Below, in pieces: positions 12,324 to 25,199 of a stretch of DNA of 64,000 nt. The stretch covers positions 522,567 to 586,566 of the forward strand of contig NW_003314325.1 in assembly GCF_000143415.4 (NCBI RefSeq), written 5' to 3'. This DNA comes from Selaginella moellendorffii (Eukaryota; Plantae; Lycopodiophyta). The position numbers and the translations under genes were made by a program. The notes below the pieces were generated by a model. It was not told where the DNA came from. It made no database searches and saw nothing but the letters and a program-made list of their open reading frames with translations. Every line of letters starts with the position of its first letter. Position 1 is the stretch's first letter.

Positions 12324-12517
12324 GGGTAGGGACATTCCCTCGAGAAGTGTCCCGCTTCGCCGCAGTTGTAGCATATGTTGTTTCCCACGCTGCTATACGA
12401 CTTGACCTTCTTATCCGTGGGGTAGGGACATTCCCTCGAGAAGTGTCCCGCTTCGCCGCAGTTGTAGCATACGTTGTTTCCCACGCTGCTATACGACTTG
12501 ACCTTCTTATCCGTGGG
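12324..12517 (-). repeat. 96-bp in-frame tandem duplication of the Gag zinc knuckle
   Basis: [15 protein letters not shown](V/I)[16 protein letters not shown] twice. Confidence 0.95.
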
Positions 12518-13610
12518 TTTGTCCTTTTTCGCTTGACTCCCCCACGTACTCGCTCGCTGGCCACCGGATTTGCCTTTCCGGAACCCCGAGGACTCATTCT
12601 TAGAGAAACTCCTTTTGAATTTCCCCTTGCTATACGTTCCCCTTGGTTTGGCCCCTTTGCTAAATGTGGATCCCGACCCTGTCGTGTTCCCCTTTCGCAG
12701 GTTATCGTTGAAATGCACCTTGATGGCCGCATCCAACGCTTCCTTGTAGTTGGTCGGGTTCCACCTCATCACCTCACCGCGAGCCCAAGTTTGCAAACCT
12801 GATATGAAGGCATGGAACGCATCCATATCCCCCATGTCCGTGACAAGTATCCTCTTTGCCATGAACCCATTCACATATTCCTGGATGGTTCCTGTCTGTT
12901 TCAGCCTACTCAGTTCATCCCTCAGATGCAGAGTGGCATTCGGAGGAACATATGTTGCACGGATCCTCGCCTTCATCATGTCCTAAGTGACCACCGGTCC
13001 TTCGTTGGCCTCCGTTGTTCTCCACCAAGACTTGGCATTATCTGCCAAGTATGGTTTTGCACATGGGACCTTCTCCGAGCTTGGTAACCGCAACGCTCGG
13101 AAGTAGTCCTCCATATCGTAAAACCAATCCTCCACCACCTTATAGTCATTCACTCCCTTGAAGACCGGTGGGGGCTTTGGTTTGTACTTGGGAACTGCCT
13201 GAGGGACTGATTCCACTTCGGTCTGTTCGACCTTGTCTGGTTTTGCCTCAGTCCCGGCCGAAAGATCCGCACCTTCTGCGCTACCAGCATCCGCAGTCTT
13301 TTTCTTTTTCTTCCGCCTCTCGTCACGCTTTAGCTTGCGTACGAGAGTTTCCAGCAGGGCATTGGTCTGTGCCAACTGTCCTTCTAGCACATCCAATCGA
13401 GCCTTGGACGACCGAACCTCGCCACCGGACTCCTGTTTGGAGGTTTCCTCACTGGAGTCCTCCTCATGCAAGGATTCCTCATCCATAGCCTCTTGTTCGA
13501 CCGGAGGCTCCAGCTCTGGCGGAGGTTCCGTCTCCACCTGGGTTCGCTTACGCCCTGCCCTTGCCATCTCCCAGCAATCCGCCTCTATCCTTCGCTAGAA
13601 CTGAGGAAAA

Positions 13611-13623
13611 GGCTCCGATACCA
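13611..13623 (-). promoter_or_regulatory. Primer binding site of A (tRNA-iMet type)
   Basis: TGGTATCGGAGCC, 2 nt inside the 5' LTR boundary. Confidence 0.9.
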
Positions 13624-13625
13624 AA

Positions 13626-14949
13626 TGTAAGCTCTTAAATTTTTCCTTTCCAATTTGCCAGCTTACCTCGTCTATCCGTCCAACACTGCCTTGGCTTTTG
13701 CTAAGTTCCCTTGCCAAGGTTCTCGCCTATGGTACCAGCTCCTACTTGGTTTCAGCTACTCACTGCACGAGCAACGGAGTGTTAGCCATCCTTCCACGGA
13801 TTCCCAAATCACTCCCAATCCCCCTCCCCGGGTTAGACTGGACTTAAGGTTCGGCTACACTCCCCGCAAGCACAAGCAGCCAAGCACACCAAGCTTCCAG
13901 GTTCCTAACATCCTTTGGTACCACAAGACTTGATCATGGGACCCTCTAAATCCCAAGTCTTGAGTGCAACACTTGCTTCGGGACGCTGGGGCGAAACACC
14001 GTGGCCTAGCGGCCCGGTATGGGTACCTCTCGCCCCCCACTTCCATCCCGAAGGAAGGCCCAAGCCCCTAGGAAGGGCGAGGACCAATGAGCCGCATGGT
14101 ACTCAAGTGGGGCACCACTCCACATGAGCCGGGAGCACCGCAATCGGTTTCCCTTTCGGGAGTGGGAGCTGCTCTTGAGCACTTCCTTGGATGGCCCCTC
14201 CGGCACCAACCAAGTCCATGCTCACTCCCACCCAAGGCCCCTCGGTCCCAGTCCCAACCTCAAGTCAGTTTGGGAGCCCCACTGGAGAGTCCCTTCTAAA
14301 CTGGTTCCTGGACCTCTCTGTTTACCTTTATAATTAGCTTCCAACTTGTGTTGTTAATGGAGTCGTGCTAGAGGATTGCTGGTTCACATGTCTGAGTTTT
14401 TGGTTGCCTCAGTTATACTCAATTATATTCTTTAGGCCAATTATAGTCTATAGACTTATTTTCCTCATGGCTAGATGGATAATCTCAAAAATTTATCCCT
14501 ACTATACTTTTGGAACCCCCTGCAGCCCCCCCCCCCTGGGAGACGCACGCTTTGGGCTTTCACCCCTTGACCCGTATTAGTATTTGGACTTAGTCTCTGG
14601 CTCGATCTCGGACCCGATTTCGGATCCGACTTCGGATTCGGGTTCGGACTCGATCACGGACTCGATCTCGGACCCGATCTCGGACCCGACCTCGGACTCG
14701 ACCTCGGACTCGGTCTCGGACCCGATTTCGGATCTCGGACTCCGTCTCGAACTCGGTCTCGAACTCGGACTCGAACTCGGTCCCCGAGTCGGTCTCGGAC
14801 TCGATTCCGGACTCTATCTCGAACTCGGTCCTAGAGTCGGTCTTGGACTCGATCTTCGACTTGGTCCCATCCGATGAACTCTTTGTCATTTTGGTCATGC
14901 TTTCGGGGTTCCTTTAGCCTACGACACCTCGGCGAGTTGGTTCCTTACA
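13626..14949 (-). repeat. 5' LTR of A (1324 bp) with a private 177-bp insertion at 14317-14493
   Basis: TG..CA termini; direct repeat of 7134-8295. Confidence 0.95.
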
Positions 14950-15969
14950 CTTGGGTTTGAATAATACTAGGCTAAGTGACCTCTTAGGAAGTTCAAATTT
15001 AGAAGCTTACAGATAGTTCTTTCAAATCTACAAGTGCCCTTTTACAATCTTTAAACTAAATGAAAAATGATGTTGATAACTTCAGTAATGCTTACAACTA
15101 TGCAATACGATCAAAAAAATAATCAATAAAATGATTGAGATATTACACCTTATCTAAAAAATATTGCACATCATTCATACACTTTGGAGTATAGAACTTT
15201 ATAACAACCACAAGTTTGTTATGATCAACTTTTAAATCTTCACAAAAAATATAGTACCTAAAATAAGTTATATCTTTAAACTCAAATACGCACTTTGACC
15301 TCTTTAGCTTCAAACTAAATTCCCACAACTTATTTAACACCTTGTAAACATCATAAATGTGCTTTTTTTACATCCCTTATGAGTGGATTAAAATATTATT
15401 GATGAAGTCACCAATCACTTTTGACATATTGTAAAGAACCTTATTTGCTAAAAAATTGCTAAAACATTGTTCAAATTGAATAATATCACCATGAACTTGT
15501 ATAAATCAAATAGTACAAAAAAGAATTTTAGGAACATCCTCTTTAGCCATTAGCATTTGCTAACATCTAAAATCAAATTTTAATTTGATGAACCAATTAT
15601 TTCTCTAAAAACAATCTAAAGTGTGAGGAAGAAGGGATATATTCAAGATAATCACATTGTTTAACTGACAATAGTTAATGTAAAATCAAATACTCCTTAG
15701 GCTTTGTCATAAAATAATGTTCATATATTCTGAGACTTTTGAATAATACCTTTTTCTAATATCTTTTTGACATTTGCATATATAATCTTTATCTCTTTTA
15801 ATAATTGATGCTAAATAGGAACCTTGATTGGACAAGCAATTATAATGTTGCTTAATTGATAATCAAGCCATTGTGATTTTTATATAATATCCTAGTGATT
15901 GTGAGCAATGTGTTTATGAAATTACTTACTTAAATGATAATTAACCCCAAAGTGGTTAATAATGATCTT

Positions 15970-17320
15970 GCAAAAAGCATCTGTGCCAATGACAAAAGCA
16001 CAGTATACTATAAGCTTGTCTTCTTCAAAGCCATCTCAAAAGAAGATGTCATCACAGATGATATCAGAGTACTAGGAACCACACCTTCTTGACCACACGC
16101 ATGAGCCTGGCAGTCGAGAATGATCTTGCCTAGCCGTGGCTCCACTCTAACCTTGGCCAGTTTTAATCCGAAGTTCATGAGCCTCCAGTTCTTCACTTCA
16201 TCATCCTTAGCTATGGCTTCCAACCACTACAAACTCATCATTGCGTGACTGATAGCACTGATGCTGGGAGGCTCCACAAAGATGGAGTTTGCCACATCAG
16301 TACCAGAAGCTTGAGAACTACTATCCCCATGTGCAAACGGGAAATTTCAAAAGTCCCCAGCAGCAGACACTAGAACTAGTGTGCCCTGCATGACCAGCTT
16401 CTTGAGTGGCAGAGCTTTAACTGATTGCCATAAGCTCCAGAGTTATCATCCCAGTCTGTGGATCAAAGATGGCTTACTTTGACAATCCTAGATCCACCAC
16501 GTACCTAGTAGCTGAGAAAGTGAGTATCAACTACATGGTTCAAGGAAGATCATCGTAATCGTTAAAGATGTCTCGGTGATATTTGTTCCAAAGACTATCT
16601 TTCTTGTACCAGATAATGCTGCCTTGAATACCAGTTGCTGATCCTCTTGACGAAGCCTTCCATGAAACAAGCGCGCATGGCATATCCGTCTGGGATGTGA
16701 AAAAAAGCTATATCTCCATCATCAACGTCCCTATGGAGCTCACAAACTCTTTCCATTGTCCTTGTTACATGGTTGTCGATGTTGGCATTCCTGCGCAGAT
16801 CTCAACTGGGTACTTCCTTCCAGGAACGACAAGTGTTCGATGCAAAAGTAGTCGCTGAAAAGTTCTGCATTGGCTGTAGCTGGCATGATGATGAGTCTCA
16901 AGTCCGACCATGCACGCATACATTCCTTCAGTACTGCTAGGAGTAAATCGATGCTCAGGCTTCGCTCGTGTGCTTCATCCACCACAATGCAGCTGAACCA
17001 GTCGAGATTTCTAGTCGAGAGATAAAGTTGAAGCAGTACGTGATCCATGGTGTAGACCATTTTGGCAAGGTCCTGTTGATCCCTGTATACAAGGTGCCAA
17101 TGGAATTTATCTTCTCGTAACAGCCGTGGCATTCTTTGGCAACCCGTCGAGTAAGAGCAAAAGCTGCTACTTTCCTTGGCTGTGTACAAAGGATGGACTT
17201 GAGAAACAACCATCACATAAATATTGAACGTCTTCCCAGACTAATCAACACAGTAACCTATAGATTAATGCAAAGAAACTAGATGATAAAAACTTCTGGA
17301 GGTTCAGGCCAGAAATCATG
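15970..17320 (-). pseudogene. Second, truncated DEAH helicase pseudogene
   Basis: CTQPRKVAA (motif Ia), IVVDEAHERS (II), IMPATA (III); colinear with ~2050-3100; frameshifts. Confidence 0.8.
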
Positions 17321-17475
17321 CGGGGACGATCGCTTCCACCTAAAACCCTGGGAGAAAAACGTTTGAGCGGGAACACGCCAAAAACAGTAACCTTTATAGC
17401 TCTCTAGTGTCACCCCGATGGTTTAATCTCCAAGGTCTAGATGCCTTTCCACTCCTATCTATTTTTACTTTATTT

Positions 17476-18473
17476 TCATTCATTCATTCGTATACTGTTT
17501 AGCAGAGAAGCATACTCAAACTCATCCAGTTCTCCTTTGCTCTTCAATTCTTCAATCAATGCTTCATCTGCAGCTGCATACCGGTTATACCCTGGAGGCA
17601 TTTCTTCCTTGGATTTGTATAACTCGAAGCCTAGGCCTGCGTTGAGAAATCCATCGAGTCCCTGAAAAGCTTCCCAGATTTGAGATGCAAGAGGGCGGGG
17701 TGGCTCAGGCACAATGAAGATTCCCAAGTCTGGATGTTTTTTGCAGATCCGTTTGAGGTTTTCGTATTCAATCCGTTGGACGCAGAAACGAGGATGGTAT
17801 TGCGGGAAGTCTGCTACCTGAACGATATAACCCACCTGAAAACGTACACAAATAAACATACAAAGAAACAGAGAATAGAAACTGATACAAACTCCAAGAT
17901 GAATTCTCTTCATTGGTCCAGTGTAAGTCCTCTCTGCCCAGTCCTCATTTCGCAGGGGATCTCTTGAACAGTGATAAGTATCGTGTCCCTTCGCTAGGCA
18001 GAGGTAGCATTTCTTTTGTTCATGAGCAAAAGGATCCACTCCAGGCTAAAAAAAAAAAAAAAAAAAAAAACAAAGAGTCAAAAATTCAATAAGTGAGCTT
18101 TCTTACCCCCTTGCAGTGTCTTTCCCAATGACCTCTCTGCTTACATCTTCTGCATTGGTCGACGAGTAATCCCTCCTTCTCACCGGGACGATGAGTTCCT
18201 ATGATCTCGTACCTGTTACAAACAAAAGCAAGTAAACATCAAACCATATAACCTTGCTTACCTTGCTTGCATACGATCGTAATCGTCCTCGATTGCAAAA
18301 ATGTCCACCTCCTTCGGCTTTTCCTTTGTGAACTTCCTGTTGCTGCTGCCGCCGTCGTAAGCCTTCTTGTGCTGCCCGTTGCTGTTGTTGCCGTCGTAAG
18401 CCTTCTTGTGCTGCCCGTTGCTGTCGTTGCCGTCATAAGCCTTCTTGTACTGCCCGTTGCTGTAAGCCTTCAT
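17476..18473 (-). CDS. Spliced protein with two CCHC zinc knuckles and N-terminal 13-aa repeats; start uncertain
   Basis: Exons give CRRCKQRGHWERHC and CYLCLAKGHDTYHC; GT-AG introns; KAYDGNxSNGQHK repeats. Confidence 0.5.
18337..18470 (-). repeat. 39-bp coding tandem repeat (~3.5 copies)
   Basis: taagccttcttg at 18358, 18397 and 18436. Confidence 0.85.
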
Positions 18474-18937
18474 TTTCGGAAAGAAAATGTCCAGAACCAA
18501 CAGGGAGCTATACCAGATCGATAAGAGTCCGTTCTTGTCCTGCGGTATTGAAAACCAGCTTTAATTCGTCATGTGTATCGAGGATCCCTTACCTGGACAA
18601 TACTATCAAAGAGAGCCTTGAGGAGAGCTTTGGAACGCGATGTAGGTACCAGATCGGCAAGAATTCCTGTAGCAGCCTGCTGTATTGAAAAGATACGATG
18701 GAAGGCCGTATCACGGAGGGCCTTGAGGAGCGATGTAGCTCCGTAGCAGTGCAACACGATCACAATCGGAGACGAGATTCTGGTGATTACTAGCACTCTT
18801 AGCTAATGCGGACCGCCAAACCCTAAACTTTATACCAAGTATATTTGTAAGTATCCACAGTGTAAAATCAAACGAACGGCCACTGCTGTTCCCGCTGCTG
18901 TGGAACGAAAACTAGTTAAGTCAGTTATATGTTATTC

Positions 18938-21280
18938 TTATAAAGGTGGTGGATGTCTAATGTTACTGGCTTGCTCTAGAGCGTATGCTATCTCGATAAG
19001 AACACCCTCGGAGCCTTTGTTTCCCAGGAAGCAAATCCCAAATGGAAAACCGGTGGGAGGAGCGTAGCCTGCGGGGATCGAAATGGCAGGATATCCGGCG
19101 ATGGCTGCTGTGAGCGAGATTGCCGACACCGCAGTTGGAGCCACCAGCGCGTGGAGATCGTGCGTCTGGAGCAAGTAATCGATCCCATTCTCCGTGAGGA
19201 ACTTGTTCCTTGCGAGAGCATCTTTGTATGCTTGCGACTGTTGATCCTCTTGCCGAGCTTGAGCTTCGATGAATACATCTTGGCCAAAACGATCTAGTTT
19301 CTGCACAGTTTTGTGTAAATTTTAGAGTTTTTTCAGCGGTTCCTACCTGGTCTGTGTGTTCCTCGTTGAATCTAATCACGTCCTCGAGGCTGCGAACTTT
19401 GCTTGTGGTGAGCTCGGACAGATACTTCTGAAGATCATGCTTGAAATCGATTTGTAGCACCAGATCCTCGTTCTTTGTGCTCACGATCTCTTCAGCGTTA
19501 GGCAGCTCCAGATCCTTGACAATCACTGCTCCTCTAGCTCTGTCCCAAAGAAAGAAAAGAAAAAAAGAGCAAAGATTTCAAAGCATGAACGAGGATACTT
19601 AAAACCCAGTCACTCACATTGCCAGAGAAAAGAGTTTCTCCATATCACCAGAAATATCTTTGATGACAAAGTATTCTCCAGCAAGCACGCCCAGCCTCTT
19701 CCCGCGAAGACCATCCCTTTTCAGAAACTGCTTGTATCCTCCTCTGGGAATGTATGCAGCCGCGGCAGTAGTAGCACTGTCGAGATCATCTACACCAACG
19801 ATCACGTCGAGAACTTCGACCGCATCTTTCATGGTTCTGCAAATCGGCCTGTGATAATCCAAGCGTTAAAAGCTGTAAAATTTCGTGATCATAACTCTTG
19901 ATTACCCGACTGAGTCCATATTATGCGAGAGCGGGATCACTCCCGCTCGGCTCGTGAGTCCAACCGTGGGCTTGATCCCGACGACTGCAGCAAAACTGGC
20001 CGGGTTGATTATCGAGCCATCGGTCTCCGTCCCGAGAGTGACTGTAGCCATGTTTGCAGAAACTCCGACTGCGGAGCCGCTGCTGGAACCGAAAGTTGTT
20101 TGGACTGGATCATATGGATTCTGTTTTCAACAACAATCGCAAGATCAGAAATGAAAAAAAGAATCAGCTTATACATACCATGGTTTGTCCACCACGGGGA
20201 CTCCACCCATGCGGAGCTTCTGTAGATCTGAAATACATCCACTCGCTAAGGTTGGCTTTGCCGAAGATGATCGCACCGGCGTCACGTAACTTCTTCACAA
20301 CGCCAGCGTCTCTTGGAACAATGGAATCGACCAGAGCCAGAGATCCAGCCGTGGTCTGGAGCTTGTCCTTCGTGGCGATATTGTCCTTGAGAAGAATTGG
20401 AATGCCGCGCAAGCCTACGACAGAACAGAAAAAAACACACAGAAAAATATCACAAAATTATATAAACTGAAATGCAAACCTTTGCAACTCTCGGCTCCGT
20501 GTTGTTTCCTGTAAGTATCGGCTTCATTGGCGAGCTCCAATGCATCGGGAGACACCTCGATCACGGCTTTGAGCTGGGGATTCAGCCGCGTGATCCGAGC
20601 AATGTAAAACTCCACCAGCTGTTTTGATGTTAGAGTTCCTGCTTTCAGTGCTTCTTGAATGTCTTCCACAGTGGCTTCTTCGATTTGGAATTGTGGAGTT
20701 GGAACAATACCGTCGGGCTCAAAGCTTCCAACCATTGTAAGCAGCACACGATCTTCACCATATTTTCCTTGGATCTTTTGCAAGTCACACTTGAAGTCAC
20801 CTTCTAGCATGCTGTACATTTGCGGAAGCCATCAAATATCAATCACACACTTCTTTGAAGCGAGCACTTACACTCTGTTCCCAAACTCCTCCTGGATAAT
20901 GGCCCTCAAAGTTTCAGAATAATGCACAATAACCTCTCGAAACCTTCGGAAAAACAGAGATATGAAACAGAAAGGAAAATGTTTTCGGAAGTGAAAACCA
21001 TGTACCTGTAGATTGTTGGGTCTTGAATGATCCCAGGAGCCAGTGAGCGAAGTGGGATGGCTTCCATGGCCCGAATGAGCTCGTCAGAGAGTGTAGGAAC
21101 CGCCATTTGCAAACGCTGGGCTTGCGCTCTGCAAAGCGGTGCCTGGCGGTGAAACAATTGAGCAGCATATAAATTCGTGACACCCATCTCTTGGGCAATC
21201 TGGTTGAAGCTCTTCCCTGCATTTTGCTTGGCTTCCAGAAGCCGCAGCACAAGCTCCTCTTTTCTCACATCTGTAGCCAT
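18938..21280 (-). CDS. Cyanase-like/amidase-signature fusion protein (~638 aa, 8 exons)
   Basis: Exons 21280-21006, 20943-20872, 20811-20480, 20414-20179, 20120-19906, 19848-19618, 19539-19347, 19300-18938 all splice in frame (GT-AG). Cyanase motifs DPTIYRFRE and IIQEEFG; amidase LKDN, GSSSGS, TETDGS. Confidence 0.85.
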
Positions 21281-21452
21281 AGCCCCTAAGTATTGAGTGC
21301 CAAGGGCTCGTCAAGTTATCCACTCCCACAAGTTAACTGCATGGTTAGGACAATTACCCTGGTTTAAAACTTTTAACATAAAAGGCTAAATTACAAACTA
21401 CTAAATTAATAAAGGGTAAAGGACTTATGTCTTGAAAAATGACAGACAGAGC

Positions 21453-22323
21453 TTAATCCTCAGCTTCGGTAAACTGAGCTTCTATGTAGATCGACTCAGT
21501 GTTCTCTTCTCCTTTCTCAATCATGGAAACTTTAAATTGAGCTAAATGCTCATCACCTGCAGCAAAACAGTATATGCATAAGATAAAAATTACTATTTTG
21601 TATCATCTTGTACCAAATGTGATTGAGCTGCCCGGGGGAACTGGAGTGACAGCTCCAGGTCTCACTCTCCTGTTATTAACGAAGGTCCCGTTGGTACTGT
21701 CTAAATCAGTTACCATAAGCATCGAATCTCTCTTCTCAAGCCGGGCATGTAATCCAGAAACTAAAACAAAATTGAGACGAAGAAATTACACATTATGTGA
21801 AACAATTACCTGTTCCAACTGGAATTACAATGTCTGCCTTGTCAGCCACACGTCCCACCGTGGCCGCATCCTATTAGCAAGATCAAACTCTAGATTATCA
21901 ATCTAAAGTAGACCCATCAAATAAAAAAAGTAGAGAGGTCATGGGTTTTTGACTTACAGTAGAGAGCTCAAATGCACTTGGCAAAGGAACTTCTTCGCCT
22001 ATGTGGCGGCAATCACCATCTCCTACACCCATTAAAATCTCATCAAAGAAAAAAAGAAGAAAGTCATGAGAAACACTCCTATTCTTCACACCTATGGGCT
22101 CGAGAAGCCATTTCGTGTCCACAGCAGCGGCAGCGAAAAGCCTCGCAAAACTGGAGCTTCGTTGCCAAATCCGCGTTTCCCTAGAATGTGTTTGCACCAA
22201 ATTTACATTCAATCCAATCGCTCCACCTCCACAGTGATTCCAAAGCGCGCGCGAGGAGGGCCACGACGAGGGCGCCACTGCCGGCCACGCCCGGGGATTT
22301 AGCTGCTGCATCAAAGCCGGCAT
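21453..22323 (-). CDS. FHA-domain protein, probably plastid-targeted
   Basis: Spliced: KWLLEPIGDGDCRHIG, TVGR, VSGLHARL, VTDLDSTNGTFVN; transit-peptide-like N-terminus. Confidence 0.85.
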
Positions 22324-22879
22324 TGTTCCAATCTACAGATTTTCACCTTATCTTCAGGCATCAACTGCCACGTCAAGTATACACGCCTACATGGCAAAAC
22401 ACGTGGCAGATATAGAATCCGAGCGTCGAACTGAGCCGTGGAGGTCACAAAGCGGCTCATAAGCTGTCCTCTGTAGAGGGCTCCCGTTTTCCTGCTTAGA
22501 TGCGAGCAAACTTACTAGCAAAATAGAATGGCTTGCTGTTTAAGTTCATAGTTTCATAATAACGTAAGAAGCCATAGAACTAAAGTTTAAGGTTATAGTC
22601 TGGACGTTGCGACAGCATTTATGTCTATGTTGGTCCCTACTCTCTGGTGAAAGTAGAGATCTGTTAGTATGAGAAGCACATAGCTTGATGTGCAGGAAAA
22701 CAAAGCGTCAAATTAAATCGCAGTAAGAACTAGCTAGACCGGAGATCCTGACCGGGAAGAATTCGCAGGTACAACAGCAAACACACGAAACCCTGCTTTC
22801 AGGGCGTCCCTGTAGATAGGAGCTAGTGGGAATATAAAAACTCACTTGCTGGTGAGTTCAGAAAATTGTTCGACTCTTT

Positions 22880-24980
22880 TCCAAAGACTCTGACGTCTCC
22901 ACTTCTCCTCAGAGGCCATTACGAGAGCAGCTACAAAAGAGAACGAACTACAAAATTTAAGTTCTTACCGTGTACGCAGCGATCGACCTCCAGATTGCAT
23001 TTATCTGAGCCAGAGATTATCAGGAGCCCGCCAGCTCCTGGTGGGATGAGGATTGTGCATAGGCATATCTTTTGTGCGTGCAGGCCCGTTGGCAGACAGC
23101 CCAGCCACTGGCTCAGTTGAGAAAAGCCTTTCAGCGTACAAGCGCCACAATCTCAAATAGGCATATAGGGTATTCAAAAAGCCAAAACCAATCCACCTGC
23201 AAGACAAAAAGATTTGGGAGAAGCACCTACATCAACAAACCAACAGGGAATATGGAAAACTTCCCTGGAACAAGAATCTAGACTTCATCCCGCTGGAGTC
23301 GGGATGACAGCAATGCGTGTCAGAAGCCCTCACACCAATCATCAATCGCCTCTGGAACACAGGCCTCCCGGAATCATGGACAGTTAACAGAGTCGTGCCC
23401 ATACACAAAAGGGGAGATCTGACCAACTATTGAACCATTGCAGTCTCCAGCATCTTCAAGAAAATCTTTGTGAAACAAGTTGAAAAAAAATATCAGCATG
23501 GGCTGAGGAAAATCAGATCCTGCAAGCAAGCAAGCTTCCGTACGCGTAAACATCAGGATCACGTGTTAATGGAACACACCAGACTGGGGTGGAGCAAGGT
23601 GTTCATCTTAGGCTTTGTAGATTTTGCTCAGTCATTTGACTTGGTCCCGCAAAACTTCGGAATTGATCAGCTCCTCCATTTGGAGGCACCCACTCCACTT
23701 GTTGCGGTGATTGTGGAGTTGTACAGGATAGTGAAACTCTAGATGTTTGCAGGGGATATAGTCCCTTCAACTATGGGAGTTTGACAAGGCTGTCCCTTGT
23801 CACCAACCCTCTTCACAATCTATATTGGCGCACTAGAGACAATGATCTAGGGAGAGAATTTCACAGTATACCAACTTTCTGGGATGTATCTCTTTCTGCT
23901 CCTCTATGCTGATGACTTCTTTTTAGCGGCACCAAATATCACAACCATACAACGCTTGTTTGACACACTCGCACAATTTTGCATGCAAGCGGGCACTCTC
24001 CAAAACACAGATTATGATCTTTGGCAATCCCCCACTCACACATGTCTCTACAATGGCAAACCAGTGCGAGCATACAAGTACCTTGGCTACACTCTACATC
24101 GCCAGGGACCTGGACACATGGGGTCAAAGAGAGTGAAAGCCGCACAATTTGCCTATTACAGTCTCTAATTGGATTGTCACAATAATGTTGTGACTAGCTA
24201 GAAGGCAAAACGGGCATTCTATTTTGCCAAGGTTTGAGCCATATGGGATACCTCAACATCCAATTCATCAACCACGAGTTCCAGGTGTGGCTGCAATCTT
24301 GGTCCGAGAAAGTGGTTTACTGCCACTAGATATCTTGGCATCGAAGAGGACCATTGTTCTTGTGAAAGCCTCTGGAAGAGATCGTTGGCCACTCAAGCAA
24401 TGGAAGATTCCATCAGCCTCATGTATTGGTGGCTGGTGGCACAAGTTAAAGGCATGGACCGAATCGCTGGGTTTGAATCTAGAACTGTCCGATCCATTTG
24501 ACGATTATCCAGTATGGATGAACCAGGCCATACAAAATTGGTTAGCATGTATAACTGAGGGCACCACAAAATATGCCATATACTGGGTGACACTTGGATC
24601 TCCATGGATATGCACAATCCTTGCTACCTACAGCTGTGGAGCACACGGTTTACAAGTGGAGTTTAGATGCCACATATCCCTTGAGAGCACTGTCTATGCC
24701 AGCAATGTGACCCTGGTCAGGTGGAGGTGTTCTCTATCAATGCCTAAGCTATCAACATCTACAGGACCAGACACCCCTCCCCTGGCAGCAGTGGGATCAA
24801 GCATCCATACTTAGTGATGGCCATTTGCAGCAAATCACATGGTACCTCCAGGGTGTGGACCACTTTGGACAAGACAACCAAGACAAAAGAGACTAAAAGG
24901 GAAGGAGCAATGCATTGCATTCATGTAGATAGAGTCCTATACTTTCTAGTTGGGCAGAAGTGGACTATAAACAACTCTAT
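22880..24980 (+). mobile_element. Degenerate, 5'-truncated non-LTR retrotransposon (LINE) RT
   Basis: VVPIHKRGD, FVDFAQSFDLV, QGCPLSPTLF, LLYADD; many stops and frameshifts; ends approximate. Confidence 0.75.
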
Positions 24981-25199
24981 ATATTGCTACTGCCGCTGTA
25001 ACCCTTATTGCTGCTGCTGCTGCCATAAGCCTTCCTCGAAAAGGACATGTCCAAAATAAGGTCTTAAAGATACAAGCTTTTCAAGAATCCCTTACCATAG
25101 ACCAAGCCTTGAGTATACCATATCGACAATAGCTTCCACGAGCTTTAATCGTTTGTAATGCACAAGATGAATTCAAGACTTTGGCAAACACAAACACAA

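Larger units (their letters stand above)
8699..13567 (-). pseudogene. Gag-Pol polyprotein of A (2 CCHC, PR DTGA, RT YIDD, RH, INT, GPY, chromodomain), with 2 introns and 3 nonsense codons
   Basis: One reading frame after removing introns 9551-9597 and 9081-9132. Stops at 12983-12985 (TAG), 9989-9991 (TAA), 9023-9025 (TGA). Chromodomain YEVEAIL..FHVKWKGF..ATWEP. Confidence 0.9.
7134..14949 (-). mobile_element. Element A: full-length Ty3/gypsy chromovirus
   Basis: LTRs at 7134-8295 and 13626-14949; 5-bp TSD CTTGG (7129-7133, 14950-14954); iMet-type PBS; gag-PR-RT-RH-INT-chromodomain order. Confidence 0.97.
4476..15838 (-). mobile_element. Element D: heavily AT-eroded, 5'-truncated copy of Ty3/gypsy family B, interrupted by an LTR remnant and element A
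   Basis: 4476-4635 aligns to the reverse complement of the B LTR and adjoins a PPT remnant. INT/RH remnants at 4640-6970. RT remnant LKLKRSKCVF..TPKCMNDVQ at 15143-15340. Alignment to B stops near 15838. Confidence 0.85.

Noticed and set aside
12983-12985. TAG in A gag as programmed readthrough
   Set aside because: Single copy, mid-capsid TGG>TAG, and the element has two other C>T-type nonsense codons; mutation is the simpler explanation.
18048-18070. Poly(A) run as a retroposition tail
   Set aside because: It is the poly(T) tract of an intron acceptor on the minus strand.
20906-21280. Standalone cyanase gene
   Set aside because: The ORF-track stop results from reading through intron 1; the spliced frame continues into the amidase.
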